A stretch of 64,000 nt of DNA from positions 2,048,001 to 2,112,000 of the forward strand of contig CP009479.1 of NCBI GenBank assembly GCA_000965745.1, in the 5' to 3' direction. The stretch's first letter is position 1. Each line of letters begins with the position of its first letter. Both the position numbers and the translations under genes were made by a program. The stretch is from an uncultured archaeon. Its GTDB lineage: Archaea > Thermoplasmatota > Thermoplasmata > Thermoplasmatales > Thermoplasmataceae. The notes beneath the pieces are model-generated. The model did no database searches, was not told the origin of the DNA, and worked only from the letters and a program-made list of their open reading frames with translations. Shown here one piece after another: positions 1 to 9,807 of the stretch.

Positions 1-299
1 TATTCGGGCCGGTTGCAATTGTGAAAAAATTCAGGAAAGACTCAGAAGCCGTGAGGATGGCGAATGAGACGCCGTACGGCCTGGGTTCTTCTGTATGGGC
101 AGACCCGGATGATGCAAGGGGCATTATCCCAGATATTAACGCCGGAATGGTATTTGTGAACAAAGTTGTATCTTCAGATCCAAGACTGCCTTTCGGAGGA
201 GTGAAGAAGAGTGGGTTGGGCAGGGAGCTTTCAAGGTACGGATTGCTGGAATTCACAAACATAAAAACAGTATGGATTGATGGGAAGTCTGGAAACTAA
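1..299 (+). CDS. NAD(P)-dependent aldehyde dehydrogenase (succinate-semialdehyde dehydrogenase-like), C-terminal part, 5'-truncated by window
   Basis: Frame is open from position 3 (FGPVAIVK); ALDH motifs ANETPYGLGSSV and LPFGGVKKSGLGRE. Confidence 0.9.
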   Translation, partial: FGPVAIVKKFRKDSEAVRMANETPYGLGSSVWADPDDARGIIPDINAGMVFVNKVVSSDPRLPFGGVKKSGLGRELSRYGLLEFTNIKTVWIDGKSGN

Positions 300-390
300 A
301 GCATATTCGACCCCCTCATTCCTCCATATTCTGTGAATCCAAAACTACAAAAGTTCAAATTGCAATGTAGTTATCAGTGGTTGTGGCGAA

Positions 391-936
391 ATGACTCAAA
401 ATCAAGAAGTTGCGGTTCTTGGAGGCGGCTGTTTCTGGTGCACAGAGGCAGTCTTTCAGGAGATTGAAGGTGTGGTTGACGTGGACTCCGGATATGCCGG
501 TGGCCATACTGAGAACCCTTCCTATGAGGAGGTATGCACAGGAAATACAGGACATGCCGAAGTGGTTAAGGTGACTTTTGATCCAGCGGTGATATCATAC
601 AAGGACATTCTCGAGGTATTTTTTTCCATGCACGATCCAACCTCCCTCAACAGGCAGGGAAATGACATTGGCACTCAGTACAGGTCTGTCATCTTCTACA
701 TGGATGAAGAACAGAAAAGAACAGCCGGGGAAAAAATATCTGAGATGGAACAGGGCGGCGAATACAAAAAACCAATAGTCACGGCAGTGGAAAAATTCAG
801 TGAGTTCTACCAGTCTGAAAATTATCATAAAAACTACTTCAAGAACAATAGCAATGCAGCATACTGCAGGCTGGTCATATCACCAAAAGTGGAGAAGTTC
901 AAAAAGGCACATACGGCAATCATCAGAAGGCCATAG
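391..936 (+). CDS. msrA: Peptide methionine sulfoxide reductase A
   Basis: GGCFWC, GYAGG, YEEVCTGNTGHAEVV, RQGNDIGTQYRS. Confidence 0.97.
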   Translation: MTQNQEVAVLGGGCFWCTEAVFQEIEGVVDVDSGYAGGHTENPSYEEVCTGNTGHAEVVKVTFDPAVISYKDILEVFFSMHDPTSLNRQGNDIGTQYRSVIFYMDEEQKRTAGEKISEMEQGGEYKKPIVTAVEKFSEFYQSENYHKNYFKNNSNAAYCRLVISPKVEKFKKAHTAIIRRP

Positions 937-1025
937 CTAAATCAGTGTTTGCTACAAAAATGCGAGTCCCCATTCTGCCGGCAATTGCAGGATTTAGCCT
1001 GCCCTGAAAAGTGAGATTTCGAGGA

Positions 1026-1466
1026 TCAGAATTTCCTGCACTCCAGCAGTTCTCCCACAGCAAGTGCTGCAGGATAGAGTATGACCTCCTCTATCTCTAT
1101 ATGGTGCTTCAATTCCCCAATCAACTGTGAAATGTTCTTGTCTTCATGGCTGTATTCATCGTCAATCTCTGCTATCAGTTTATTCATCTGGGCGTGCTCA
1201 TTCAACATGTTGTCATATTCCTGCCTGAACCCATCCCATGCCCTTTGAATGTTCAGCACATCCAGGAGCCTCTTGCTCCCCTCTCTGCGAGACAGATAGT
1301 CAATAAGGGGAATCACAGTCTCTTCTTCCCTGTCAAGATGATAACTGAAAATTGTCAGGACATTTTCAAACAATCTCCCGAATCTGTCTGATCTGCCGGT
1401 AAGTGCCTGCATCTCTTCGAGAAGGTAGGTGTGTTCTCTATCAAGAAAAGACCTTCCACTTTTCAT
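1026..1466 (-). CDS. Hemerythrin/HHE cation-binding domain protein
   Basis: Repeated H..HxxxEE pattern: REH, HLDREE, EH, HHIEIEEVILYP. Confidence 0.8.
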   Translation of the reverse strand: MKSGRSFLDREHTYLLEEMQALTGRSDRFGRLFENVLTIFSYHLDREEETVIPLIDYLSRREGSKRLLDVLNIQRAWDGFRQEYDNMLNEHAQMNKLIAEIDDEYSHEDKNISQLIGELKHHIEIEEVILYPAALAVGELLECRKF

Positions 1467-1637
1467 GCTTACAATTATGATTTCGTGGATTTGTAGTTGA
1501 TCCCGTATATTTACGGTAATAATCTGTCGAAATAGTCATCCTGAAAACTAAAGATAAGTGGGATAATTCATCATAATCATGCACATAAAAGCAAATAATT
1601 CACAAAAATTCATTAGTAACTCAGTTTATCCAACCTC

Positions 1638-2204
1638 ATGGTCAAAGTCACGGACTCTATAAATGTGATAGTGAGGGAGAATCTCATCTATTCCCTGATG
1701 ATAAACAGCGGATTGGCCAACTACACGAGCCTGGCACGTAAGATCCAGAATCAGGTGGAATTTGTAACCGGAAAGAAGGTAAAAATCAACACGATAGTGA
1801 AGACGCTCACTTCGTACAGGTCAAAGGAAGTAGACTCCAACGCCATTGAAATACTCAAAAAATCCAACCTGTCCGTTGAATACAAGTATACCGAAGGTTA
1901 CTTTGACAGCATGAAAGAAGTGGGTGACAATGCAATGCTCGTTGTCCGGGAGGCAGGAAGATATAAGTGCATCATGAAATCTGACGACACAAATGACCTT
2001 GCAATGATTCGCATTATTCTTCCAAGTGAATCCGCAGGGGAACCGGGAATTACACTTCTTCTTACAGAATACCTGAACATTTTTGGGATTGATGTCAAGA
2101 ACATCTACAGGCTTGACACGGAGATCTGGCTTATCGTGAACGTTGATCAGGCAGGCCAGATCACCGACAGGATAAGCAAACTCCTGTATAGTTCAGAAAT
2201 GTGA
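1638..2204 (+). CDS. Archaeal HTH plus ACT-like domain protein (putative regulator)
   Basis: N-terminal GLANYTSLARKI...INTIVKTL helix motif; C-terminal PGITLLLTEYL..GIDV..IYRLDTEIWLIV ACT-like fold. Confidence 0.6.
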   Translation: MVKVTDSINVIVRENLIYSLMINSGLANYTSLARKIQNQVEFVTGKKVKINTIVKTLTSYRSKEVDSNAIEILKKSNLSVEYKYTEGYFDSMKEVGDNAMLVVREAGRYKCIMKSDDTNDLAMIRIILPSESAGEPGITLLLTEYLNIFGIDVKNIYRLDTEIWLIVNVDQAGQITDRISKLLYSSEM

Positions 2205-2263
2205 ATTATAATCAGATTTATGAAAATATTATAAACAATTATGTGATTTCACATCGAAGTCCA

Positions 2264-3052
2264 ATGATTATAACCATAGCCCAGCTTGTTCTATCGATGA
2301 TTTCAGGTGTAGCAGTTGGTTTTACTCTGGGGCTTATCGGAGGCGGCGGATCAATTCTTGCAATACCCCTCCTCATTTATTTCGTTGGAATACACAACAC
2401 TCACCTGGCGATAGGAACAACTGCCCTTGCTGTGGGTGTAAATGCATATATCAACTTTTTTTCGCACAGGAAGCGTGTAAAGATCAAAATGAATGTGGGG
2501 ATAATATTCTCCCTCATTGGGGCAGCAGGGGTTCTATTGGGAACCACGATTGGGCTGTTAACAGAAAGCAGCCGCCTGCTTCTTCTTTTCTCTTTTCTCA
2601 TGATAGGAGTAGGATTTTTCATGTATATGGGAAAAAAAGGTCATTCAATTCACAAGGAGCCTCAACCAGAAAAAAAATTGAAGAAAAACCTGGGGAAAAT
2701 CAGCGGGTCCTCTTTGATGACAGGTTTTGCATCGGGGTTTTTCGGCATTGGGGGCGGTTTCCTGATCGTTCCTGCATTGATGTACTCCACGAAAATAAAC
2801 ATAAACGAAGCTATCGGTACATCCCTTCTCGTGGTGGGATCGTTCGGGATTCTTACTGCAATAAGGTATGGTATCGCAGGGAACCTGTTGTATTCAGTAT
2901 CCCTCTTCTACATTATTGGCGGGATTTTTGGCGGCATATTCGGTTCGAGAATTTCAACCGGGATGGATACATCCAGGCTGAAGAAACTCTTTTCCATTAT
3001 AATAATAATAGTGGGCATCTACGTTATGTTCAGGACATTGGGATTCCCATGA
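2264..3052 (+). CDS. Sulfite exporter TauE/SafE family membrane protein
   Basis: Duplicated GLIGGGGSILAIP / GFFGIGGGFLIVP motifs and AIGT repeats; start moved from GTG 2201 to ATG 2264, downstream of a TATA-like element. Confidence 0.9.
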   Translation: MIITIAQLVLSMISGVAVGFTLGLIGGGGSILAIPLLIYFVGIHNTHLAIGTTALAVGVNAYINFFSHRKRVKIKMNVGIIFSLIGAAGVLLGTTIGLLTESSRLLLLFSFLMIGVGFFMYMGKKGHSIHKEPQPEKKLKKNLGKISGSSLMTGFASGFFGIGGGFLIVPALMYSTKININEAIGTSLLVVGSFGILTAIRYGIAGNLLYSVSLFYIIGGIFGGIFGSRISTGMDTSRLKKLFSIIIIIVGIYVMFRTLGFP

Positions 3053-3091
3053 GGCAAGGAGGGGGCGGAATGAGGAAAAGTGTCTTCCCCT

Positions 3092-3580
3092 CTACTCATC
3101 GTCTTCTATCATTTTCCCGTAGACGCTAACTACTTCCCTGTACCCGATTCCTTTGTAGAAGCCGAGAGCTATGAGGTTCAGCGAAGGAAATTCTGCAGTT
3201 ATGAGTCTTATCTTCCTTTCCTTCAGTATCCTGTACAGTTCATCCATAAGCAACTTGCCCGTATTCTTTCTCCTGTATTCGGGCATCACGTAGAATTCAA
3301 CGATTCTCGCCTCATACTTTGGCTTGTAGTACAGCCGTGTGTGTATGTCCACCTTGACAAGGCCAACTACCTTGGATCCTGCTTCTGCAACCAGCACTAT
3401 GTATCTGTCCCCGTCACTGAGCGCCTCATTCAAATGATCTCTGAAGTCGCTCTTGGACTCTTCCGCTACATTGAATATGCTGTCAAACTCAGCATTAAGC
3501 CTTTTCAGTCTTATTACCTGATCAAGAGCGGCATCCAGGTCCTCTGCTTTCATCCTTCTTATTACAATGTTTTCAGTCAT
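3092..3580 (-). CDS. GNAT family N-acetyltransferase
   Basis: FYVMPEYRRKNTGKLL (motif A), ALGFYKGIGY; overlaps the malic enzyme stop. Confidence 0.9.
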   Translation of the reverse strand: MTENIVIRRMKAEDLDAALDQVIRLKRLNAEFDSIFNVAEESKSDFRDHLNEALSDGDRYIVLVAEAGSKVVGLVKVDIHTRLYYKPKYEARIVEFYVMPEYRRKNTGKLLMDELYRILKERKIRLITAEFPSLNLIALGFYKGIGYREVVSVYGKMIEDDE

Positions 3581-4922
3581 TCTTCCTTACCCCCGGTAAT
3601 GGTTTTACTAGATTCCTGTCAAGCAAATCCATGTAAATGTTTCTGTTTTCCTGTATAATCTCACTTGCTATATCAAAAAATTTCTGCTTAGTGCCGGTTT
3701 TTCTCGCCAGCTTCATTTCAACTGTTTTGGAAGCGACTGCTGACGCCACGCTGGGGTACAGCTCCCAATCTTCCATTGTGGGGACAATATTGTCTGGTGT
3801 CGGGTCCTCTATGAAGTTTGCAATCTCATTAGACGCTGCAACCATTACCTGAAAATTAACCCCTTTTGCGCGGGCGTCCAGAACACCACGGAAAACTCCG
3901 GGAAAAACCAGGCTGTTGTTAATCTGGTTTGGATAATCGCTCCTGCCCGTGGCAACAATTTTTGCACCGGACTCCTTTGCAGCATCAGGCCATATTTCCG
4001 GCACCGGGTTGGCAAGTGCGAAGACTATTCCATCCTTCTCCATGGCCTTGATCCAGTCACGCTTTATTGTATCTGGTCCCTGTTTGGCAGCCGATACAAC
4101 AACATCGCTACCTTTAATCGCCTCCGGGATGCCTCCTTTAACCCTGTCACCGTTGGTCTTGAGGGCGAGCTGGTATTTTAGGGGGTTGTTGATCATCAGA
4201 ACATCCATGTCTTCACGTTCGGGCTCAAGGATCCCCTTTGAGTCTACGAGTATTATGTTCTTTGGGTTGAAGCCCGCCGCATCCAGCAGGAATGCCGCAG
4301 CTATATTTGCTGCTCCAGCACCTACAAACGTGACCCTGGCGTCCTCCATCCTCTTGCCGACCAGCCTTAGAGAATTGATGAGCCCGGCAAGAATGATTGA
4401 GGCAGTACCGAGTTGGTCGTCGTGCCATACGGGTATGTTGAGTGCTTTCTGCAGGGTCTCGAGGATAGTAAAACACTTAGGAGACTCTATGTCTTCCAGA
4501 TTATAGCCGCCAAATGAAGGCTCAAGTGCTTTTGCTACCGAAATAAATTCCTCCTGGGACTTAACCCTGATCGGAATTGGGACAGCGTTTACTCCTCCGA
4601 AGAAGTTGAAGATCAGGGCCTTTCCCTCCATCACGGGCATAGCAGCTTCAGGGCCAACATGCCCAAGCCCGAGAACACGGGTTCCATCCGTCAGTATGGC
4701 AACCGAATTCCACCTTCCAGTCAATTCAAAGGACAGATCTTTATCTGAGGCTATTTTAGTTGAAACAGCTGCTATTCCAGGGGTGTACCAGTATGAAAAA
4801 TCATCCAGATGCCTTACGGGAACCTTGGGGACCACTCTCACCTTGCCTTTGTAATATTCTGAATACTCGATCGCGAGCTTATTGTATCTCTCTGTTCTCT
4901 CAAGGTCCTCCATGAAGCTCAT
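3573..4922 (-). CDS. NAD(P)-dependent malic enzyme
   Basis: YTPG, TDGTRVLGLG, MEGKA, NLEDIESPKCF, HDDQLGTA, GAGAA, ANPVPEI, NQINNSLVFPG. Confidence 0.96.
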   Translation of the reverse strand: MSFMEDLERTERYNKLAIEYSEYYKGKVRVVPKVPVRHLDDFSYWYTPGIAAVSTKIASDKDLSFELTGRWNSVAILTDGTRVLGLGHVGPEAAMPVMEGKALIFNFFGGVNAVPIPIRVKSQEEFISVAKALEPSFGGYNLEDIESPKCFTILETLQKALNIPVWHDDQLGTASIILAGLINSLRLVGKRMEDARVTFVGAGAANIAAAFLLDAAGFNPKNIILVDSKGILEPEREDMDVLMINNPLKYQLALKTNGDRVKGGIPEAIKGSDVVVSAAKQGPDTIKRDWIKAMEKDGIVFALANPVPEIWPDAAKESGAKIVATGRSDYPNQINNSLVFPGVFRGVLDARAKGVNFQVMVAASNEIANFIEDPTPDNIVPTMEDWELYPSVASAVASKTVEMKLARKTGTKQKFFDIASEIIQENRNIYMDLLDRNLVKPLPGVRKND

Positions 4923-5052
4923 AGAGATATCGTTTCAATTCTAATAATATTTCCCGGAACTGTCTTACGGCTACACCTTGAGAATAATTAAATGAAACTC
5001 TCACGGAATTCTAATCAAGAGACCAGTTTGCACCTCGGCATAATAAAAAAAG

Positions 5053-6036
5053 TTGATATGCCGAAAAATGATGGGCCGTCAGATGGAACTTGATAATGTG
5101 AAAATCAACTGGGCTCCCATTCTGGAGAGCCAGATCTCATCGCTGGAGGAAAAGTTCCCGGGAAGGGGAATAAGAGAAACCTTCAACAAGATAATCGAAG
5201 ACCTGAACGAAAACAGGATCAAATCCAGGCTGATTATGTCCAATAAGGAGCCGGCCGGTTATGCTTATTATGTCATGCCCGAGAGCATGACAGACAGAAT
5301 CCTTGGCAACGTTGGCTTTGTAGACGGTAAGTTTGCATCCGGGGAAAGGGCAGAAAATCTTCTGGGATGGCTTCTCAACGAGTCTAAGTCTATGGGCCGG
5401 TTCGCGATGATAAATGACATCTTCAACGGCACGGAAGAATCTTCAAGAGTTCTTGAAAAGATGGGATTTGGAAGGATGGAAAGGTCAATGATGGAGATTC
5501 CGCTGAAGGAAGTCCCGGAATCGGACCCTGTTGTCCCCGAAAGATACAGGGTTGAAAGCCTCAACAACATGAATATCGAGGAATATCTTTCTGCACAGAT
5601 CTCTGCCTACCAGGGGTCAGAAGATGAGCTGCTCTTCTCCACCAAAAAGGAAGAGCAGGTAGCTTTGGCAAGATCCATATTCGAAGGGAACTACGGAAGA
5701 GTTGTGACAGAAGTTTCAAGAATTGCACGCTACGATGGCAAGCTTATGGGTGCATGCATTGTGACATCCGGAAAATCGGGCACGGAAACGCCGGGGTATC
5801 CCCTCATAATAGATGTCTTTGTGGGGAAAGAACACAGGGGAAAAGGCATAGCCAGGGCAATGCTTCTTGAAACCCTCAGAAGAGCCAAGGTGGCAAACTT
5901 CAACACAATGTACCTGTGGGTGAACATGAAAAGCAAGGCTAGAGGCCTTTACGAGTCAATAGGTTTCATGGAGAGCAGTTTCCCGAGAGAAATTATTTAC
6001 TACGCCGGACTGGAGGCACAATCAGATGGCAACTGA
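5053..6036 (+). CDS. Tandem-domain GNAT acetyltransferase
   Basis: C-terminal VFVGKEHRGKGIARAML and ARGLYESIGF; degenerate N-terminal GNAT-like half; start uncertain (ATG 5083 plausible). Confidence 0.8.
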   Translation: MICRKMMGRQMELDNVKINWAPILESQISSLEEKFPGRGIRETFNKIIEDLNENRIKSRLIMSNKEPAGYAYYVMPESMTDRILGNVGFVDGKFASGERAENLLGWLLNESKSMGRFAMINDIFNGTEESSRVLEKMGFGRMERSMMEIPLKEVPESDPVVPERYRVESLNNMNIEEYLSAQISAYQGSEDELLFSTKKEEQVALARSIFEGNYGRVVTEVSRIARYDGKLMGACIVTSGKSGTETPGYPLIIDVFVGKEHRGKGIARAMLLETLRRAKVANFNTMYLWVNMKSKARGLYESIGFMESSFPREIIYYAGLEAQSDGN

Positions 6037-6966
6037 AAGTGCGGTCAGCGCCAGGGGAATGATGTAGTTGTCATCCAGCGGATACTGCGTTGCGCTTTCA
6101 ACTATTGCCCCTACCAGTGCGTAAAGTATCCCCAGGTATCCTATGACAAAGAAGCCGAATACTGCAGAAAGTGCGAAAAGGGCCAGAAATCCACCCACTG
6201 ATTTCCTTTTGTTGAAGAACAGTGGCCATGTTTTCACATTCACACCTACAATTGTGGCAGCCGAATCTCCAATTACGAGAACAAATAGCACGATGTAGAG
6301 AACGCTCAGTGAATTTATTATGGCGAATGCAAGCAATATTCCAGATGCAAACCAGATTGAGCCTATCCCGAGAGGTGTATCCTCTCTTTCGAATGACCAC
6401 AGGAAATCGCCAATAAGATTCTTCCTGTGAAGGTAGAAATAATTCCCTACAGCATAGAGGACAAGTACGCTTACTGTTATCACAATTCGTGAGTTCTCAA
6501 CCCCCTCTATAAACAAAAGGGCAAGTATAAGGACTCCAACAACAGATTGGAGGTAGTCCCTGTAGATTTCCTTCTTTTTGATCTTCCCACGGCCTGAGTC
6601 GTTGTCATGGGTATAGGATTTAAGCCTCTTGTCAAACATCATCGTCAGTATTATCGCCGTGGAGATTGACACATCTATTGAAATCCATATGAGATCGGAC
6701 TGGAATTCATATCCTGCAAAAAGGACAATGGCCACTTCTGCGACGAATGCGCTGAAGAAAGTCTGGGTGTACATGTATGCGGCTGAAATCAGGGACAGTA
6801 TGTATACGGGAAAAACTATCAGGGAGTGGGCGAATAAAAAAATAACAAGGAGTACTGGAATTGAATATATATAAAGCCTTATAAATCTGGCCCTATCTTC
6901 AATAAGTGTTATTGAAACAGAAAGAACAGAAACTGCTATCCAGAGATATTGAAAATAGTCCAGCAA
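6022..6966 (-). CDS. Dolichol/phytol kinase-like polytopic membrane protein
   Basis: FERE, GDSAATIVG, KRKSVGG and PLDDNY motifs of the CTP-dependent prenol kinase family. Confidence 0.75.
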   Translation of the reverse strand: MLDYFQYLWIAVSVLSVSITLIEDRARFIRLYIYSIPVLLVIFLFAHSLIVFPVYILSLISAAYMYTQTFFSAFVAEVAIVLFAGYEFQSDLIWISIDVSISTAIILTMMFDKRLKSYTHDNDSGRGKIKKKEIYRDYLQSVVGVLILALLFIEGVENSRIVITVSVLVLYAVGNYFYLHRKNLIGDFLWSFEREDTPLGIGSIWFASGILLAFAIINSLSVLYIVLFVLVIGDSAATIVGVNVKTWPLFFNKRKSVGGFLALFALSAVFGFFVIGYLGILYALVGAIVESATQYPLDDNYIIPLALTALSVAI

Positions 6967-7047
6967 TTTATCTCGAAATCCTTACGTTTCTTGATATAAA
7001 AATCTATGGTGTAGCCGCACCTTGCACACCGTCTGAGAAGAAAGCAA

Positions 7048-7401
7048 TCACCTGATATACTCCACTAATGCTATGAGCCCTGCTATCAGAACTATAATGC
7101 TGGATATTACATAGAGTCCCCCAACAAAATAGAATCCAAGTACTGCGGAAACAATCAGCAGCACTCCCCCGATAGCGGCATCCCTTCTGGCGGTGCCGGC
7201 TGAAATTATCGAGAACAGGCCGAATACAATTCCCAGGATTCCGGAAATGAATGAGCCTACGGGGATGTAGTGAAACAGATGGACAAGTGTTGACACACTG
7301 GCGAAGAGCAGGTACAGAATACCAAGTATTACCCCTATCACTCCACCAAGATATCCGATTCTGGAACCACTTGGCGACCTTCTTGAACCTTTGCTAGCCA
7401 T
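7048..7401 (-). CDS. Small membrane protein (about 4 TM helices)
   Basis: Gly/Ile/Leu-rich hydrophobic helices. Confidence 0.75.
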   Translation of the reverse strand: MASKGSRRSPSGSRIGYLGGVIGVILGILYLLFASVSTLVHLFHYIPVGSFISGILGIVFGLFSIISAGTARRDAAIGGVLLIVSAVLGFYFVGGLYVISSIIVLIAGLIALVEYIR

Positions 7402-7542
7402 CTTTCAGGAATGATCAGATGGATATAAAACACATTTGGTACAGATATCCAGAATTACATTAATTTCAACACTACAGATCAAATGGAAAATGGTGTAAGT
7501 ATATCTACTGAGTGTCGATAGGGACAGGCAGGGTGCAAACAG

Positions 7543-8109
7543 GTGAAAATAGTTTCATTTATAGGAGAAAGCCATAACAAAGTGAGTGATTACAGTATTC
7601 ACAAGCTCCTTGAACTTATTAAGGGCATGAAGCCCGCCAGGGTAATTATAACCATGGACCCCAACGCAGTTCAAACATCCGGCGGGTACTCTGAAAAGCT
7701 TAATGATATTACCAAAGACTCCAATATCTCCGGCCTCATAACGTTTGCCAACGCGGATGAAACAAAATATTACAGGAAGAGGGCCGAGTTCTTCGAAAAA
7801 TACGCCACATCAGCTGAAACAGTGGTAAAGAAAAACATACTCGAGATGATTGAGACTACAATACACTCTTACCTTGAAGGGTACTGGAAAGATTATGAAA
7901 CGGTGAACTCAGAGGTTACGGATGAACTGTTCAGGGCAAAACACAAGCTTATTTCATCAATGTTCTGGGAAGTGGAGCGGGAAACATGGAATGCTCTGCT
8001 TGAAGAAATGGCGGGCAACATCGAAAGCCTTTCCCCGGGGGCGGATGATGTCATACTCGTTGACGTTGAGAAAAGATACTGGCTTCTTGAGAGAATGGAA
8101 AACAACTGA
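7543..8109 (+). CDS. Hypothetical soluble protein
   Basis: 188-aa ORF with natural composition; TATA-like element upstream. Confidence 0.7.
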   Translation: MKIVSFIGESHNKVSDYSIHKLLELIKGMKPARVIITMDPNAVQTSGGYSEKLNDITKDSNISGLITFANADETKYYRKRAEFFEKYATSAETVVKKNILEMIETTIHSYLEGYWKDYETVNSEVTDELFRAKHKLISSMFWEVERETWNALLEEMAGNIESLSPGADDVILVDVEKRYWLLERMENN

Positions 8110-8192
8110 TCGTCACTCCATAAAGGTTTTTATGCAGAATCGCAATCAGAGGCAAAGTATATGTTCCAAGCAATGATGGAAGGTATAATAAA

Positions 8193-8570
8193 ATGACAAT
8201 ATTTCAGGGTAAAGGAAGAAAAAAGGAAACAGGCGGGAAACTGAAACAGTCCAGGGCAAAGAGAAGATATGAACTTGGCAGGGAGCCTACCATGACTAGA
8301 ATTGGTGAGGATTCACGCAAGGTTCAGAGAGGCTATGGAGGCAACACAAAGGCAATCCTCATGCTGGGATCAGAGGCAAACGTCTACGATCCGAAATCAA
8401 AGTCAACCAAAAAAGCAAAGATTGTTACTGTAAAGGAGAACCCAGCCAACCCGCACTATGTCCAGAGAAACATACTCAACAGGGGAACTGTGATTCGGAC
8501 TGAGGCTGGCGAGGCAAGGATAACATCAAGACCGGGCCAGGATGGCATAATTAACGCAGTTCTTCTATGA
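8193..8570 (+). CDS. rps8e: 30S ribosomal protein eS8
   Basis: KRRYELGREP, RGYGGNTK, NPANPHYVQRNIL, SRPGQDGIINAVL. Confidence 0.98.
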   Translation: MTIFQGKGRKKETGGKLKQSRAKRRYELGREPTMTRIGEDSRKVQRGYGGNTKAILMLGSEANVYDPKSKSTKKAKIVTVKENPANPHYVQRNILNRGTVIRTEAGEARITSRPGQDGIINAVLL

Positions 8571-8821
8571 CCTTTACTTTGTATACTCAATATTTCAACC
8601 CTAAAATATCCCGCTCCAAGGGCAGGAGAATTAAGAAATCTGCAGCCGAGAATTTTACTGATCAGAAACTTCACGAAATCCTTAGATCCATCAACGCAAA
8701 ATATGAAATCAGGGATGCCAGGTACCCACGGGTTCCGTGGGAAGAGGCAAAAATGTTTGTAGTCGAGTCAAAACTCAAAAAGTCCACAGTCATTAAGATG
8801 ATTGAGAGAAAGCTGTCCTAA
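8567..8821 (+). CDS. srp19: Signal recognition particle protein SRP19
   Basis: YFNPKISRSKGRRI and YPR motifs; ATGA overlap with rps8e. Confidence 0.9.
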   Translation: MTFTLYTQYFNPKISRSKGRRIKKSAAENFTDQKLHEILRSINAKYEIRDARYPRVPWEEAKMFVVESKLKKSTVIKMIERKLS

Positions 8822-9807
8822 TTCTTCTTTCTCTTCTTGACTTCATAATACCATAATGGGTGTTTTAGCCATTCCTGGTTGCAAAGTGTGTCGTCACCTT
8901 TGTAGCAGATATGGTTCGCCTGCAGAGTCGCACACTTTGGCGGAGAGTACTCGACTCCGGAAATCTCCCCGGTTATATGCTTGACCTGATATTCAGTTGT
9001 TCTCGGGTCAAAATCAGGTGCGGTCTTGAACTGCTCAGCTATGTTTTCACCCTTCATGCCAACTTTGTGGAGAAAGCTTGCCAGTGTCAGTCTTGCTATG
9101 TGCGGAAGGTTTACCCCATCGTGAAGCTCTTTCAGGTACTCCTTGATGCAGGGGGGGAAAAGCTTGAAATCTATCTCCCCGAGTTCCATGGTCTTCTTTG
9201 CATGGTTCTCCCTGTACAGCTTCTTCATTCTCTGTGCGAACTCAGACCACTCGCCCAGTATCTCACGTGCTGAAGAGACGTCAATCCTGTCCACAATTTC
9301 AAAGGTTCTCGCAACAAAATGCTCCCTTATGACCTTTGCAACAGTCTCCTGAACTGCGTAGACAAGACCGCCCCTTACGGCCTGGGATCTGAGCCTGTAC
9401 CGGGACCCGCTAAGCCTTCTGGTGCTTCTCAGGAACTCTTCCACCGGAATGGAAAACAGGCCATCAGTAACATCATAAGTTACACCTATCCCAACCTTTC
9501 CCGCATACTCTTCCACATCTTCCGGGTTCTCTTTTCTCAGAGAATTCTCAAGATAATCCCTCTGCTGGTTGATCACTCTTGCAGTCAGGACACTTTCGTC
9601 TATGGCCGCAAGGATCCAGAGGGCCAGCCTGAATGCGTCATTGCCTATCCCGGGTGAGATTCCCCTTTCCTCAACGCTCCTTGCTATGAATTCCTCTGCC
9701 TCATTCCTGATCCGTGAGGCCGATGAGTCATTAGAGTTCAGAATGAACTCTATTTCTGAAGGCTTTGTAAACGATTTTTCATCCGGTATTATGAGGGAAG
9801 GTGTCAT
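8818..9807 (-). CDS. priL: DNA primase large subunit
   Basis: FPPCI, NLPHIARLTLASFL, PDFD..TTEYQVKHI, YSPPKC and Fe-S cysteines. Confidence 0.95.
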   Translation of the reverse strand: MTPSLIIPDEKSFTKPSEIEFILNSNDSSASRIRNEAEEFIARSVEERGISPGIGNDAFRLALWILAAIDESVLTARVINQQRDYLENSLRKENPEDVEEYAGKVGIGVTYDVTDGLFSIPVEEFLRSTRRLSGSRYRLRSQAVRGGLVYAVQETVAKVIREHFVARTFEIVDRIDVSSAREILGEWSEFAQRMKKLYRENHAKKTMELGEIDFKLFPPCIKEYLKELHDGVNLPHIARLTLASFLHKVGMKGENIAEQFKTAPDFDPRTTEYQVKHITGEISGVEYSPPKCATLQANHICYKGDDTLCNQEWLKHPLWYYEVKKRKKN

